Below are positions 30,489-46,700 of a DNA stretch of 64,000 bases, piece after piece; within the stretch, counting starts at the first letter, position 1; every line of letters starts with the position of its first letter. Source of the stretch: Auanema rhodensis (taxonomy: Eukaryota; Animalia; Nematoda); the NCBI GenBank assembly GCA_964057225.1, contig OZ059895.1, positions 13,144,001 to 13,208,000 of the forward strand. Direction: 5' to 3'. A program made the translations under genes and the position numbers. A model generated the notes under the pieces. The model had not been told where the DNA came from. It ran no database searches and saw only the letters and a list, made by a program, of their open reading frames with translations.

Positions 30489-33400
30489 GAAAATACCTGA
30501 TATTCAATGATTTACATACTTATCCTCGTTATTGTTTTTTTTCCAATTTCATGTTAGTTATGTAATTTTCTACGTTACATCTAAATCCCTCGATGATATC
30601 AAATCTTATGAGATCCAAATACAATAAATTAAAAAAGGTTTCACAGTTGTATAGTGTTTAAACAATGTTTGTTTCAATAGGAAATAGATAGAAACAGTAA
30701 AGTTAAGATGAAGGTTCATAAACTACTGGTTTATAACTGTAATATAGGAATAAGATTGAAGATATTTTGATGCCTTGGGTTGAGCTATCTAAGTAAAACT
30801 GCTGGAAAATTAAAAACATTTGTTACGGAAGAGATAAAATTGAAAATCAGCTGCATGGCGTACTTTCAACGTGGTATGGTCGTAAGCGAAAAAATCTGAT
30901 ATTCAATGATTTACATACTTATCCTCGTTATTGTTTTTTTTCCAATTTCATGTTAGTTATGTAATTTTCTACGTTACATCTAAATTCCTCGATGATATCA
31001 AATCTTATGAGCTCCAAATACAATAAATTAAAAAAGGTTTCACAGATGTATAGTGTTAAAACAATGTTTGTTTCAATAGGAAATAGATAGAAACAGTAAA
31101 GTTAAGATGAAGGTTCATAAACTACTGGTTTATAACTGTAATATAGAAATAAGATTGGAGATATTTTGATGCCTTGGGTTGAGCTATCTAAGTAAAACTG
31201 CTGGAAAATTAAAAATATTTGTTACGGAAGAGATAAAATTGAAAATCAGCTGCATTGAGTACTTTCAACGTGGTATGATCGTTAAATAAATTTGAAAAGC
31301 TTACGGCAGGCGGGATTCCCAAGCCGTCTCCGATCCAAGTACTAACCGGGTCCAACGTTGCTTGACTTGCCAGATCGGACGAGATGGCGTACTTTCAACG
31401 TGGTATGGTCGTAAGCGAAAATACCTGATATTCAATGATTTACATACTTATCCTCGTTATTGTTTTTTTTCCAATTTCATGTTAGTTATGTAATTTTCTA
31501 CGTTACATCTAAATCCCTCGATGATATCAAATCTTATGAGATCCAAATACAATAAATTAAAAAAGGTTTCACAGTTGTATAGTGTTTAAACAATGTTTGT
31601 TTCAATAGGAAATAGATAGAAACAGTAAAGTTAAGATGAAGGTTCATAAACTACTGGTTTATAACTGTAATATAGAAATAAGATTGAAGATATTTTGATG
31701 CCTTGGGTTGAGCTATCTAAGTAAAACTGCTGGAAAATTAAAAACATTTGTTACGGAAGAGATAAAATTGAAAATCAGCTGCATGGCGTACTTTCAACGT
31801 GGTATGGTCGTAAGCGAAAAAATCTGATATTCAATGATTTACATACTTATCCTCGTTATTGTTTTTTTTTCAATTTCATGTTAGTTATGTAATTTTCTAC
31901 GTTACATCTAAATTCCTCGATGATATCAAATCTTATGAGCTCCAAATACAATAAATTAAAAAAGGTTTCACAGCTGTATAGTGTTAAAACAATGTTTGTT
32001 TCAATAGGAAATAGATAGAAACAGTAAAGTTAAGATGAAGGTTCATAAACTACTGGTTTATATCTGTAATATAGAAATAAGATTGAAGATATTTTGATGC
32101 CTTGGGTTGAGCTATCTAAGTAAAACTGCTGGAAAATTAAAAACATTTGTTACTGAAGAGATAAAATTGAAAATCAGCTGCATGGCGTACTTTCAACGTG
32201 GTATGATCGTTAAAAAAATTTGAAAAGCTTACGGCACCCGGGATTCCCAAGCCGTCTCCGATCCAAGTACTAACCGAGCCCAACGTTGCTTGACTTGCCA
32301 GATCGGACGGGATGGCGTACTTTCAACGTGGTATGGTCGTAAGCGAAAATACCTGATATTCAATGATTTACATACTTATCCTCGTTATTGTTTTTTTTCC
32401 AATTTCATGTTAGTTATGTAATTTTCTACGTTACATCTAAATCCCTCGATGATATCAAATCTTATGAGATCCAAATACAATAAATTAAAAAAGGTTTCAC
32501 AGTTGTATAGTGTTTAAACAATGTTTGTTTCAATAGGAAATAGATAGAAACAGTAAAGTTAAGATGAAGGTTCATAAACTACTGGTTTATAACTGTAATA
32601 TAGAAATAAGATTGAAGATATTTTGATGCCTTGGGTTGAGCTATCTAAGTAAAACTGCTGGAAAATTAAAAACTTTTGTTACGGAAGAGATAAAATTGAA
32701 AATCAGCTGCATGGCGTACTTTCAACGTGGTATGATCGTTAAATAAATTTGAAAAGCTTACGGCAGGCGGGATTCCCAAGCCGTCTCCGATCCAAGTACT
32801 AACCGGGTCCAACGTTGCTTGACTTGCCAGATCGGACGAGATGGCGTACTTTCAACGTGGTATGGTCGTAAGCGAAAATACCTGATATTCAATGATTTAC
32901 ATACTTATCCTCGTTATTGTTTTTTTCCAATTTCATGTTAGTTATGTAATTTTCTACGTTACATCTAAATCCCTCGATGATATCAAATCTTATGAGATCC
33001 AAATACAATAAATTAAAAAAGGTTTCACAGTTGTATAGTGTTTAAACAATGTTTGTTTCAATAGGAAATAGATAGAAACAGTAAAGTTAAGATGAAGGTT
33101 CATAAACTACTGGTTTATAACTGTAATATAGAAATAAGATTGAAGATATTTTGATGCCTTGGGTTGAGCTATCTAAGTAAAACTGCTGGAAAATTAAAAA
33201 CATTTGTTACTGAAGAGATAAAATTGAAAATCAGCTGCATGGCGTACTTTCAACGTGGTATGGTCGTAAGCGAAAAAATCTGATATTCAATGATTTACAT
33301 ACTTATCCTCGTTATTGTTTTTTTTTCAATTTCATGTTAGTTATGTAATTTTCTACGTTACATCTAAATTCCTCGATGATATCAAATCTTATGAGCTCCA

Positions 33401-36400
33401 AATACAATAAATTAAAAAAGGTTTCACAGTTGTATAGTGTTAAAACAATGTTTGTTTCAATAGGAAATAGATAGAAACAGTAAAGTTAAGATGAAGGTTC
33501 ATAAACTACTGGTTTATATCTGTAATATAGAAATAAGATTGAAGATATTTTGATGCCTTGGGTTGAGCTATCTAAGTAAAACTGCTGGAAAATTAAAAAC
33601 ATTTGTTACTGAAGAGATAAAATTGAAAATCAGCTGCATGGCGTACTTTCAACGTGGTATGATCGTTAAAAAAATTTGAAAAGCTTACGGCACCCGGGAT
33701 TCCCAAGCCGTCTCCGATCCAAGTACTAACCGAGCCCAACGTTGCTTGACTTGCCAGATCGGACGGGATGGCGTACTTTCAACGTGGTATGGTCGTAAGC
33801 GAAAATACCTGATATTCAATGATTTACATACTTATCCTCGTTATTGTTTTTTTTCCAATTTCATGTTAGTTATGTAATTTTCTACGTTACATCTAAATCC
33901 CTCGATGATATCAAATCTTATGAGATCCAAATACAATAAATTAAAAAACGTTTCACAGTTGTATAGTGTTTAAACAATGTTTGTTTCAATAGGAAATAGA
34001 TAGAAACAGTAAAGTTAAGATGAAGGTTCATAAACTACTGGTTTATAACTGTAATATAGAAATAAGATTGAAGATATTTTGATGCCTTGGGTTGAGCTAT
34101 CTAAGTAAAACTGCTGGAAAATTAAAAACTTTTGTTACGGAAGAGATAAAATTGAAAATCAGCTGCATGGCGTACTTTCAACGTGGTATGGTCGTAAGCG
34201 AAAAAATCTGATATTCAATGATTTACATACTTATCCTCGTTATTGTTTTTTTTCCAATTTCATGTTAGTTATGTAATTTTCTACGTTACATCTAAATTCC
34301 TCGATGATATCAAATCTTATGAGCTCCAAATACAATAAATTAAAAAAGGTTTCACAGATGTATAGTGTTAAAACAATGTTTGTTTCAATAGGAAATAGAT
34401 AGAAACAGTAAAGTTAAGATGAAGGTTCATAAACTACTGGTTTATAACTGTAATATAGAAATAAGATTGGAGATATTTTGATGCCTTGGGTTGAGCTATC
34501 TAAGTAAAACTGCTGGAAAATTAAAAACATTTGTTACTGAAGAGATAAAATTGAAAATCAGCTGCATGGCGTACTTTCAACGTGGTATGATCGTTAAAAA
34601 AATTTGAAAAGCTTACGGCACCCGGGATTCCCAAGCCGTCTCCGATCCAAGTACTAACCGGGCCCAACGTTGCTTGACTTGCCAGATCGGACGAGATGGC
34701 GTACTTTCAACGTGGTATGGTCGTAAGCGAAAATACCTGATATTCAATGATTTACATTCTTATCCTCGTTATTGTTTTTTTTCCAATTTCATGTTAGTTA
34801 TGTAATTTTCTACGTTACATCTAAATCCCTCGATGATATCAAATCTTATGAGATCCAAATACAATAAATTAAAAAAGGTTTCACAGTTGTATAGTGTTTA
34901 AACAATGTTTGTTTCAATAGGAAATAGATAGAAACAGTAAAGTTAAGATGAAGGTTCATAAACTACTGGTTTATAACTGTAATATAGGAATAAGATTGAA
35001 GATATTTTGATGCCTTGGGTTGAGCTATCTAAGTAAAACTGCTGGAAAATTAAAAACATTTGTTACGGAAGAGATAAAATTGAAAATCAGCTGCATGGCG
35101 TACTTTCAACGTGGTATGGTCGTAAGCGAAAAAATCTGATATTCAATGATTTACATACTTATCCTCGTTATTGTTTTTTTTCCAATTTCATGTTAGTTAT
35201 GTAATTTTCTACGTTACATCTAAATTCCTCGATGATATCAAATCTTATGAGCTCCAAATACAATAAATTAAAAAAGGTTTCACAGATGTATAGTGTTAAA
35301 ACAATGTTTGTTTCAATAGGAAATAGATAGAAACAGTAAAGTTAAGATGAAGGTTCATAAACTACTGGTTTATAACTGTAATATAGAAATAAGATTGGAG
35401 ATATTTTGATGCCTTGGGTTGAGCTATCTAAGTAAAACTGCTGGAAAATTAAAAATATTTGTTACGGAAGAGATAAAATTGAAAATCAGCTGCATTGAGT
35501 ACTTTCAACGTGGTATGATCGTTAAATAAATTTGAAAAGCTTACGGCAGGCGGGATTCCCAAGCCGTCTCCGATCCAAGTACTAACCGGGTCCAACGTTG
35601 CTTGACTTGCCAGATCGGACGAGATGGCGTACTTTCAACGTGGTATGGTCGTAAGCGAAAATACCTGATATTCAATGATTTACATACTTATCCTCGTTAT
35701 TGTTTTTTTTCCAATTTCATGTTAGTTATGTAATTTTCTACGTTACATCTAAATCCCTCGATGATATCAAATCTTATGAGATCCAAATACAATAAATTAA
35801 AAAAGGTTTCACAGTTGTATAGTGTTTAAACAATGTTTGTTTCAATAGGAAATAGATAGAAACAGTAAAGTTAAGATGAAGGTTCATAAACTACTGGTTT
35901 ATAACTGTAATATAGAAATAAGATTGAAGATATTTTGATGCCTTGGGTTGAGCTATCTAAGTAAAACTGCTGGAAAATTAAAAACATTTGTTACGGAAGA
36001 GATAAAATTGAAAATCAGCTGCATGGCGTACTTTCAACGTGGTATGGTCGTAAGCGAAAAAATCTGATATTCAATGATTTACATACTTATCCTCGTTATT
36101 GTTTTTTTTTCAATTTCATGTTAGTTATGTAATTTTCTACGTTACATCTAAATTCCTCGATGATATCAAATCTTATGAGCTCCAAATACAATAAATTAAA
36201 AAAGGTTTCACAGCTGTATAGTGTTAAAACAATGTTTGTTTCAATAGGAAATAGATAGAAACAGTAAAGTTAAGATGAAGGTTCATAAACTACTGGTTTA
36301 TATCTGTAATATAGAAATAAGATTGAAGATATTTTGATGCCTTGGGTTGAGCTATCTAAGTAAAACTGCTGGAAAATTAAAAACATTTGTTACTGAAGAG

Positions 36401-39400
36401 ATAAAATTGAAAATCAGCTGCATGGCGTACTTTCAACGTGGTATGATCGTTAAAAAAATTTGAAAAGCTTACGGCACCCGGGATTCCCAAGCCGTCTCCG
36501 ATCCAAGTACTAACCGAGCCCAACGTTGCTTGACTTGCCAGATCGGACGGGATGGCGTACTTTCAACGTGGTATGGTCGTAAGCGAAAATACCTGATATT
36601 CAATGATTTACATACTTATCCTCGTTATTGTTTTTTTTCCAATTTCATGTTAGTTATGTAATTTTCTACGTTACATCTAAATCCCTCGATGATATCAAAT
36701 CTTATGAGATCCAAATACAATAAATTAAAAAAGGTTTCACAGTTGTATAGTGTTTAAACAATGTTTGTTTCAATAGGAAATAGATAGAAACAGTAAAGTT
36801 AAGATGAAGGTTCATAAACTACTGGTTTATAACTGTAATATAGAAATAAGATTGAAGATATTTTGATGCCTTGGGTTGAGCTATCTAAGTAAAACTGCTG
36901 GAAAATTAAAAACTTTTGTTACGGAAGAGATAAAATTGAAAATCAGCTGCATGGCGTACTTTCAACGTGGTATGGTCGTAAGCGAAAAAATCTGATATTC
37001 AATGATTTACATACTTATCCTCGTTATTGTTTTTTTTCCAATTTCATGTTAGTTATGTAATTTTCTACGTTACATCTAAATTCCTCGATGATATCAAATC
37101 TTATGAGCTCCAAATACAATAAATTAAAAAAGGTTTCACAGATGTATAGTGTTAAAACAATGTTTGTTTCAATAGGAAATAGATAGAAACAGTAAAGTTA
37201 AGATGAAGGTTCATAAACTACTGGTTTATAACTGTAATATAGAAATAAGATTGAAGATATTTTGATGCCTTGGGTTGAGCTATCTAAGTAAAACTGCTGG
37301 AAAATTAAAAACATTTGTTACTGAAGAGATAAAATTGAAAATCAGCTGCATGGCGTACTTTCAACGTGGTATGATCGTTAAAAAAATTTGAAAAGCTTAC
37401 GGCACCCGGGATTCCCAAGCCGTCTCCGATCCAAGTACTAACCGGGCCCAACGTTGCTTGACTTGCCAGATCGGACGAGATGGCGTACTTTCAACGTGGT
37501 ATGGTCGTAAGCGAAAATACCTGATATTCAATGATTTACATACTTATCCTCGTTATTGTTTTTTTTCCAATTTCATGTTAGTTATGTAATTTTCTACGTT
37601 ACATCTAAATCCCTCGATGATATCAAATCTTATGAGATCCAAATACAATAAATTAAAAAAGGTTTCACAGTTGTATAGTGTTTAAACAATGTTTGTTTCA
37701 ATAGGAAATAGATAGAAACAGTAAAGTTAAGATGAAGGTTCATAAACTACTGGTTTATAACTGTAATATAGGAATAAGATTGAAGATATTTTGATGCCTT
37801 GGGTTGAGCTATCTAAGTAAAACTGCTGGAAAATTAAAAACATTTGTTACGGAAGAGATAAAATTGAAAATCAGCTGCATGGCGTACTTTCAACGTGGTA
37901 TGGTCGTAAGCGAAAAAATCTGATATTCAATGATTTACATACTTATCCTCGTTATTGTTTTTTTTTCAATTTCATGTTAGTTATGTAATTTTCTACGTTA
38001 CATCTAAATTCCTCGATGATATCAAATCTTATGAGATCCAAATACAATAAATTAAAAAAGGTTTCACAGTTGTATAGTGTTAAAACAATGTTTGTTTCAA
38101 TAGGAAATAGATAGAAGCAGTAAAGTTAAGATGAAGGTTCATAAACTACTGGTTTATAACTGTAATATAGAAATAAGATTGAAGATATTTTGATGCCTTG
38201 GGTTGAGCTATCTAAGTAAAACTGCTGGAAAATTAAAAACATTTGTTACTGAAGAGATAAAATTGAAAATCAGCTGCATTGCGTACTTTCAACGTGGTAT
38301 GATCGTTAAAAAAATTTGAAAAGCTTACGGCACCCGGGATTCCCAAGCCGTCTTCGATCCAAGTACTAACCGAGCCCAACGTTGCTTGACTTGCCAGATC
38401 GGACGCGATGGCGTACTTTCAACGTGGTATGGTCGTAAGCGAAAATACCTGATATTCAATGATTTACATACTTATCCTCGTTATTGTTTTTTTTCCAATT
38501 TCATGTTAGTTATGTAATTTTCTACGTTACATCTAAATTCCTCGATGATATCAAATCTTATGAGATTCAAATACAATAAATTAAAAAAGGTTTCACAGTT
38601 GTATAGTGTTAAAACAATGTTTGTTTCAATAGGAAATAGATAGAAACAGTAAAGTTAAGATGAAGGTTCATAAACTACTGGTTTATAACTGTAATATAGA
38701 AATAAGATTGAAGATATTTTGATGCCTTGGGTTGAGCTATCTAAGTAAAACTGCTGGAAAATTAAAAATATTTGTTACGGAAGAGATAAAATTGAAAATC
38801 AGCTGCATTGAGTACTTTCAACGTGGTATGATCGTTAAATAAATTTGAAAAGCTTACGGCAGGCGGGATTCCCAAGCCGTCTCCGATCCAAGTACTAACC
38901 GGGTCCAACGTTGCTTGACTTGCCAGATCGGACGAGATGGCGTACTTTCAACGTGGTATGGTCGTAAGCGAAAATACCTGATATTCAATGATTTACATAC
39001 TTATCCTCGTTATTGTTTTTTTTCCAATTTCATGTTAGTTATGTAATTTTCTACGTTACATCTAAATCCCTCGATGATATCAAATCTTATGAGATCCAAA
39101 TACAATAAATTAAAAAAGGTTTCACAGTTGTATAGTGTTTAAACAATGTTTGTTTCAATAGGAAATAGATAGAAACAGTAAAGTTAAGATGAAGGTTCAT
39201 AAACTACTGGTTTATAACTGTAATATAGGAATAAGATTGAAGATATTTTGATGCCTTGGGTTGAGCTATCTAAGTAAAACTGCTGGAAAATTAAAAACAT
39301 TTGTTACGGAAGAGATAAAATTGAAAATCAGCTGCATGGCGTACTTTCAACGTGGTATGGTCGTAAGCGAAAAAATCTGATATTCAATGATTTACATACT

Positions 39401-42400
39401 TATCCTCGTTATTGTTTTTTTTTCAATTTCATGTTAGTTATGTAATTTTCTACGTTACATCTAAATTCCTCGATGATATCAAATCTTATGAGATCCAAAT
39501 ACAATAAATTAAAAAAGGTTTCACAGTTGTATAGTGTTAAAACAATGTTTGTTTCAATAGGAAATAGATAGAAGCAGTAAAGTTAAGATGAAGGTTCATA
39601 AACTACTGGTTTATAACTGTAATATAGAAATAAGATTGAAGATATTTTGATGCCTTGGGTTGAGCTATCTAAGTAAAACTGCTGGAAAATTAAAAACATT
39701 TGTTACTGAAGAGATAAAATTGAAAATCAGCTGCATTGCGTACTTTCAACGTGGTATGATCGTTAAAAAAATTTGAAAAGCTTACGGCACCCGGGATTCC
39801 CAAGCCGTCTTCGATCCAAGTACTAACCGAGCCCAACGTTGCTTGACTTGCCAGATCGGACGCGATGGCGTACTTTCAACGTGGTATGGTCGTAAGCGAA
39901 AATACCTGATATTCAATGATTTACATACTTATCCTCGTTATTGTTTTTTTTCCAATTTCATGTTAGTTATGTAATTTTCTACGTTACATCTAAATTCCTC
40001 GATGATATCAAATCTTATGAGATCCAAATACAATAAATTAAAAAAGGTTTCACAGTTGTATAGTGTTAAAACAATGTTTGTTTCAATAGGAAATAGATAG
40101 AAACAGTAAAGTTAAGATGAAGGTTCATAAACTACTGGTTTATAACTGTAATATAGAAATAAGATTGAAGATATTTTGATGCCTTGGGTTGAGCTATCTA
40201 AGTAAAACTGCTGGAAAATTAAAAATATTTGTTACGGAAGAGATAAAATTGAAAATCAGCTGCATTGAGTACTTTCAACGTGGTATGATCGTTAAATAAA
40301 TTTGAAAAGCTTACGGCAGGCGGGATTCCCAAGCCGTCTCCGATCCAAGTACTAACCGGGTCCAACGTTGCTTGACTTGCCAGATCGGACGAGATGGCGT
40401 ACTTTCAACGTGGTATGGTCGTAAGCGAAAATACCTGATATTCAATGATTTACATACTTATCCTCGTTATTGTTTTTTTTCCAATTTCATGTTAGTTATG
40501 TAATTTTCTACGTTACATCTAAATCCCTCGATGATATCAAATCTTATGAGATCCAAATACAATAAATTAAAAAAGGTTTCACAGTTGTATAGTGTTTAAA
40601 CAATGTTTGTTTCAATAGGAAATAGATAGAAACAGTAAAGTTAAGATGAAGGTTCATAAACTACTGGTTTATAACTGTAATATAGAAATAAGATTGAAGA
40701 TATTTTGATGCCTTGGGTTGAGCTATCTAAGTAAAACTGCTGGAAAATTAAAAACATTTGTTACGGAAGAGATAAAATTGAAAATCAGCTGCATGGCGTA
40801 CTTTCAACGTGGTATGGTCGTAAGCGAAAAAATCTGATATTCAATGATTTACATACTTATCCTCGTTATTGTTTTTTTTTCAATTTCATGTTAGTTATGT
40901 AATTTTCTACGTTACATCTAAATTCCTCGATGATATCAAATCTTATGAGCTCCAAATACAATAAATTAAAAAAGGTTTCACAGTTGTATAGTGTTAAAAC
41001 AATGTTTGTTTCAATAGGAAATAGATAGAAACAGTAAAGTTAAGATGAAGGTTCATAAACTACTGGTTTATATCTGTAATATAGAAATAAGATTGAAGAT
41101 ATTTTGATGCCTTGGGTTGAGCTATCTAAGTAAAACTGCTGGAAAATTAAAAATATTTGTTACGGAAGAGATAAAATTGAAAATCAGCTGCATTGAGTAC
41201 TTTCAACGTGGTATGATCGTTAAATAAATTTGAAAAGCTTACGGCAGGCGGGATTCCCAAGCCGTCTCCGATCCAAGTACTAACCGGGTCCAACGTTGCT
41301 TGACTTGCCAGATCGGACGAGATGGCGTACTTTCAACGTGGTATGGTCGTAAGCGAAAATACCTGATATTCAATGATTTACATACTTATCCTCGTTATTG
41401 TTTTTTTTCCAATTTCATGTTAGTTATGTAATTTTCTACGTTACATCTAAATCCCTCGATGATATCAAATCTTATGAGATCCAAATACAATAAATTAAAA
41501 AAGGTTTCACAGTTGTATAGTGTTTAAACAATGTTTGTTTCAATAGGAAATAGATAGAAACAGTAAAGTTAAGATGAAGGTTCATAAACTACTGGTTTAT
41601 AACTGTAATATAGGAATAAGATTGAAGATATTTTGATGCCTTGGGTTGAGCTATCTAAGTAAAACTGCTGGAAAATTAAAAACATTTGTTACGGAAGAGA
41701 TAAAATTGAAAATCAGCTGCATGGCGTACTTTCAACGTGGTATGGTCGTAAGCGAAAAAATCTGATATTCAATGATTTACATACTTATCCTCGTTATTGT
41801 TTTTTTTTCAATTTCATGTTAGTTATGTAATTTTCTACGTTACATCTAAATTCCTCGATGATATCAAATCTTATGAGATCCAAATACAATAAATTAAAAA
41901 AGGTTTCACAGTTGTATAGTGTTAAAACAATGTTTGTTTCAATAGGAAATAGATAGAAGCAGTAAAGTTAAGATGAAGGTTCATAAACTACTGGTTTATA
42001 ACTGTAATATAGAAATAAGATTGAAGATATTTTGATGCCTTGGGTTGAGCTATCTAAGTAAAACTGCTGGAAAATTAAAAACATTTGTTACTGAAGAGAT
42101 AAAATTGAAAATCAGCTGCATTGCGTACTTTCAACGTGGTATGATCGTTAAAAAAATTTGAAAAGCTTACGGCACCCGGGATTCCCAAGCCGTCTTCGAT
42201 CCAAGTACTAACCGAGCCCAACGTTGCTTGACTTGCCAGATCGGACGCGATGGCGTACTTTCAACGTGGTATGGTCGTAAGCGAAAATACCTGATATTCA
42301 ATGATTTACATACTTATCCTCGTTATTGTTTTTTTTCCAATTTCATGTTAGTTATGTAATTTTCTACGTTACATCTAAATTCCTCGATGATATCAAATCT

Positions 42401-43620
42401 TATGAGATCCAAATACAATAAATTAAAAAAGGTTTCACAGTTGTATAGTGTTAAAACAATGTTTGTTTCAATAGGAAATAGATAGAAACAGTAAAGTTAA
42501 GATGAAGGTTCATAAACTACTGGTTTATAACTGTAATATAGAAATAAGATTGAAGATATTTTGATGCCTTGGGTTGAGCTATCTAAGTAAAACTGCTGGA
42601 AAATTAAAAATATTTGTTACGGAAGAGATAAAATTGAAAATCAGCTGCATTGAGTACTTTCAACGTGGTATGATCGTTAAATAAATTTGAAAAGCTTACG
42701 GCAGGCGGGATTCCCAAGCCGTCTCCGATCCAAGTACTAACCGGGTCCAACGTTGCTTGACTTGCCAGATCGGACGAGATGGCGTACTTTCAACGTGGTA
42801 TGGTCGTAAGCGAAAATACCTGATATTCAATGATTTACATACTTATCCTCGTTATTGTTTTTTTTCCAATTTCATGTTAGTTATGTAATTTTCTACGTTA
42901 CATCTAAATCCCTCGATGATATCAAATCTTATGAGATCCAAATACAATAAATTAAAAAAGGTTTCACAGTTGTATAGTGTTTAAACAATGTTTGTTTCAA
43001 TAGGAAATAGATAGAAACAGTAAAGTTAAGATGAAGGTTCATAAACTACTGGTTTATAACTGTAATATAGAAATAAGATTGAAGATATTTTGATGCCTTG
43101 GGTTGAGCTATCTAAGTAAAACTGCTGGAAAATTAAAAACATTTGTTACGGAAGAGATAAAATTGAAAATCAGCTGCATGGCGTACTTTCAACGTGGTAT
43201 GGTCGTAAGCGAAAAAATCTGATATTCAATGATTTACATACTTATCCTCGTTATTGTTTTTTTTTCAATTTCATGTTAGTTATGTAATTTTCTACGTTAC
43301 ATCTAAATTCCTCGATGATATCAAATCTTATGAGCTCCAAATACAATAAATTAAAAAAGGTTTCACAGTTGTATAGTGTTAAAACAATGTTTGTTTCAAT
43401 AGGAAATAGATAGAAACAGTAAAGTTAAGATGAAGGTTCATAAACTACTGGTTTATATCTGTAATATAGAAATAAGATTGAAGATATTTTGATGCCTTGG
43501 GTTGAGCTATCTAAGTAAAACTGCTGGAAAATTAAAAACATTTGTTACTGAAGAGATAAAATTGAAAATCAGCTGCATGGCGTACTTTCAACGTGGTATG
43601 ATCGTTAAAAAAATTTGAAA

Positions 43621-43739
43621 AGCTTACGGCACCCGGGATTCCCAAGCCGTCTCCGATCCAAGTACTAACCGAGCCCAACGTTGCTTGACTTGCCAGATCG
43701 GACGGGATGGCGTACTTTCAACGTGGTATGGTCGTAAGC
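43621..43739 (-). rRNA. 5S ribosomal RNA
   Basis: 119-nt copy carrying the C68T variant. Confidence 0.95.
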
Positions 43740-46700
43740 GAAAATACCTGATATTCAATGATTTACATACTTATCCTCGTTATTGTTTTTTTTCCAATTT
43801 CATGTTAGTTATGTAATTTTCTACGTTACATCTAAATCCCTCGATGATATCAAATCTTATGAGATCCAAATACAATAAATTAAAAAAGGTTTCACAGTTG
43901 TATAGTGTTTAAACAATGTTTGTTTCAATAGGAAATAGATAGAAACAGTAAAGTTAAGATGAAGGTTCATAAACTACTGGTTTATAACTGTAATATAGAA
44001 ATAAGATTGAAGATATTTTGATGCCTTGGGTTGAGCTATCTAAGTAAAACTGCTGGAAAATTAAAAACTTTTGTTACGGAAGAGATAAAATTGAAAATCA
44101 GCTGCATGGCGTACTTTCAACGTGGTATGGTCGTAAGCGAAAAAATCTGATATTCAATGATTTACATACTTATCCTCGTTATTGTTTTTTTTCCAATTTC
44201 ATGTTAGTTATGTAATTTTCTACGTTACATCTAAATTCCTCGATGATATCAAATCTTATGAGCTCCAAATACAATAAATTAAAAAAGGTTTCACAGATGT
44301 ATAGTGTTAAAACAATGTTTGTTTCAATAGGAAATAGATAGAAACAGTAAAGTTAAGATGAAGGTTCATAAACTACTGGTTTATAACTGTAATATAGAAA
44401 TAAGATTGAAGATATTTTGATGCCTTGGGTTGAGCTATCTAAGTAAAACTGCTGGAAAATTATAAACATTTGTTACGGAAGAGATAAAATTGAAAATCAG
44501 CTGCATTGAGTACTTTCAACGTGGTATGATCGTTAAAAAAATTTGAAAAGCTTACGGCAGGCGGGATTCCCAAGCCGTCTCCGATCCAAGTACTAACCGG
44601 GCCCAACGTTGCTTGACTTGCCAGATCGGACGGGATGGCGTACTTTCAACGTGGTATGGTCGTAAGCGAAAATACCTGATATTCAATGATTTACATACTT
44701 ATCCTCGTTATTGTTTTTTTTCCAATTTCATGTTAGTTATGTAATTTTCTACGTTACATCTAAATCCCTCGATGATATCAAATCTTATGAGATCCAAATA
44801 CAATAAATTAAAAAAGGTTTCACAGTTGTATAGTGTTTAAACAATGTTTGTTTCAATAGGAAATAGATAGAAACAGTAAAGTTAAGATGAAGGTTCATAA
44901 ACTACTGGTTTATAACTGTAATATAGAAATAAGATTGAAGATATTTTGATGCCTTGGGTTGAGCTATCTAAGTAAAACTGCTGGAAAATTAAAAACATTT
45001 GTTACGGAAGAGATAAAATTGAAAATCAGCTGCATGGCGTACTTTCAACGTGGTATGGTCGTAAGCGAAAATACCTGATATTCAATGATTTACATACTTA
45101 TCCTCGTTATTGTTTTTTTTCCAATTTCATGTTAGTTATGTAATTTTCTACGTTACATCTAAATCCCTCGATGATATCAAATCTTATGAGATCCAAATAC
45201 AATAAATTAAAAAAGGTTTCACAGTTGTATAGTGTTTAAACAATGTTTGTTTCAATAGGAAATAGATAGAAACAGTAAAGTTAAGATGAAGGTTCATAAA
45301 CTACTGGTTTATAACTGTAATATAGAAATAAGATTGAAGATATTTTGATGCCTTGGGTTGAGCTATCTAAGTAAAACTGCTGGAAAATTATAAACATTTG
45401 TTACGGAAGAGATAAAATTGAAAATCAGCTGCATTGAGTACTTTCAACGTGGTATGATCGTTAAAAAAATTTGAAAAGCTTACGGCAGGCGGGATTCCCA
45501 AGCCGTCTCCGATCCAAGTACTAACCGGGCCCAACGTTGCTTGACTTGCCAGATCGGACGGGATGGCGTACTTTCAACGTGGTATGGTCGTAAGCGAAAA
45601 TACCTGATATTCAATGATTTACATACTTATCCTCGTTATTGTTTTTTTTCCAATTTCATGTTAGTTATGTAATTTTCTACGTTACATCTAAATCCCTCGA
45701 TGATATCAAATCTTATGAGATCCAAATACAATAAATTAAAAAAGGTTTCACAGTTGTATAGTGTTTAAACAATGTTTGTTTCAATAGGAAATAGATAGAA
45801 ACAGTAAAGTTAAGATGAAGGTTCATAAACTACTGGTTTATAACTGTAATATAGAAATAAGATTGAAGATATTTTGATGCCTTGGGTTGAGCTATCTAAG
45901 TAAAACTGCTGGAAAATTAAAAACATTTGTTACGGAAGAGATAAAATTGAAAATCAGCTGCATGGCGTACTTTCAACGTGGTATGGTCGTAAGCGAAAAA
46001 ATCTGATATTCAATGATTTACATACTTATCCTCGTTATTGTTTTTTTTTCAATTTCATGTTAGTTATGTAATTTTCTACGTTACATCTAAATCCCTCGAT
46101 GATATCAAATCTTATGAGATCCAAATACAATAAATTAAAAAAGGTTTCACAGTTGTATAGTGTTTAAACAATGTTTGTTTCAATAGGAAATAGATAGAAA
46201 CAGTAAAGTTAAGATGAAGGTTCATAAACTACTGGTTTATAACTGTAATATAGAAATAAGATTGAAGATATTTTGATGCCTTGGGTTGAGCTATCTAAGT
46301 AAAACTGCTGGAAAATTAAAAACATTTGTTACGGAAGAGATAAAATTGAAAATCAGCTGCATTGAGTACTTTCAACGTGGTATGATCGTTAAAAAAATTT
46401 GAAAAGCTTACGGCAGGCGGGATTCCCAAGCCGTCTCCGATCCAAGTACTAACCGGGCCCAACGTTGCTTGACTTGCCAGATCGGACGGGATGGCGTACT
46501 TTCAACGTGGTATGGTCGTAAGCGAAAATACCTGATATTCAATGATTTACATACTTATCCTCGTTATTGTTTTTTTTCCAATTTCATGTTAGTTATGTAA
46601 TTTTCTACGTTACATCTAAATCCCTCGATGATATCAAATCTTATGAGATCCAAATACAATAAATTAAAAAAGGTTTCACAGTTGTATAGTGTTTAAACAA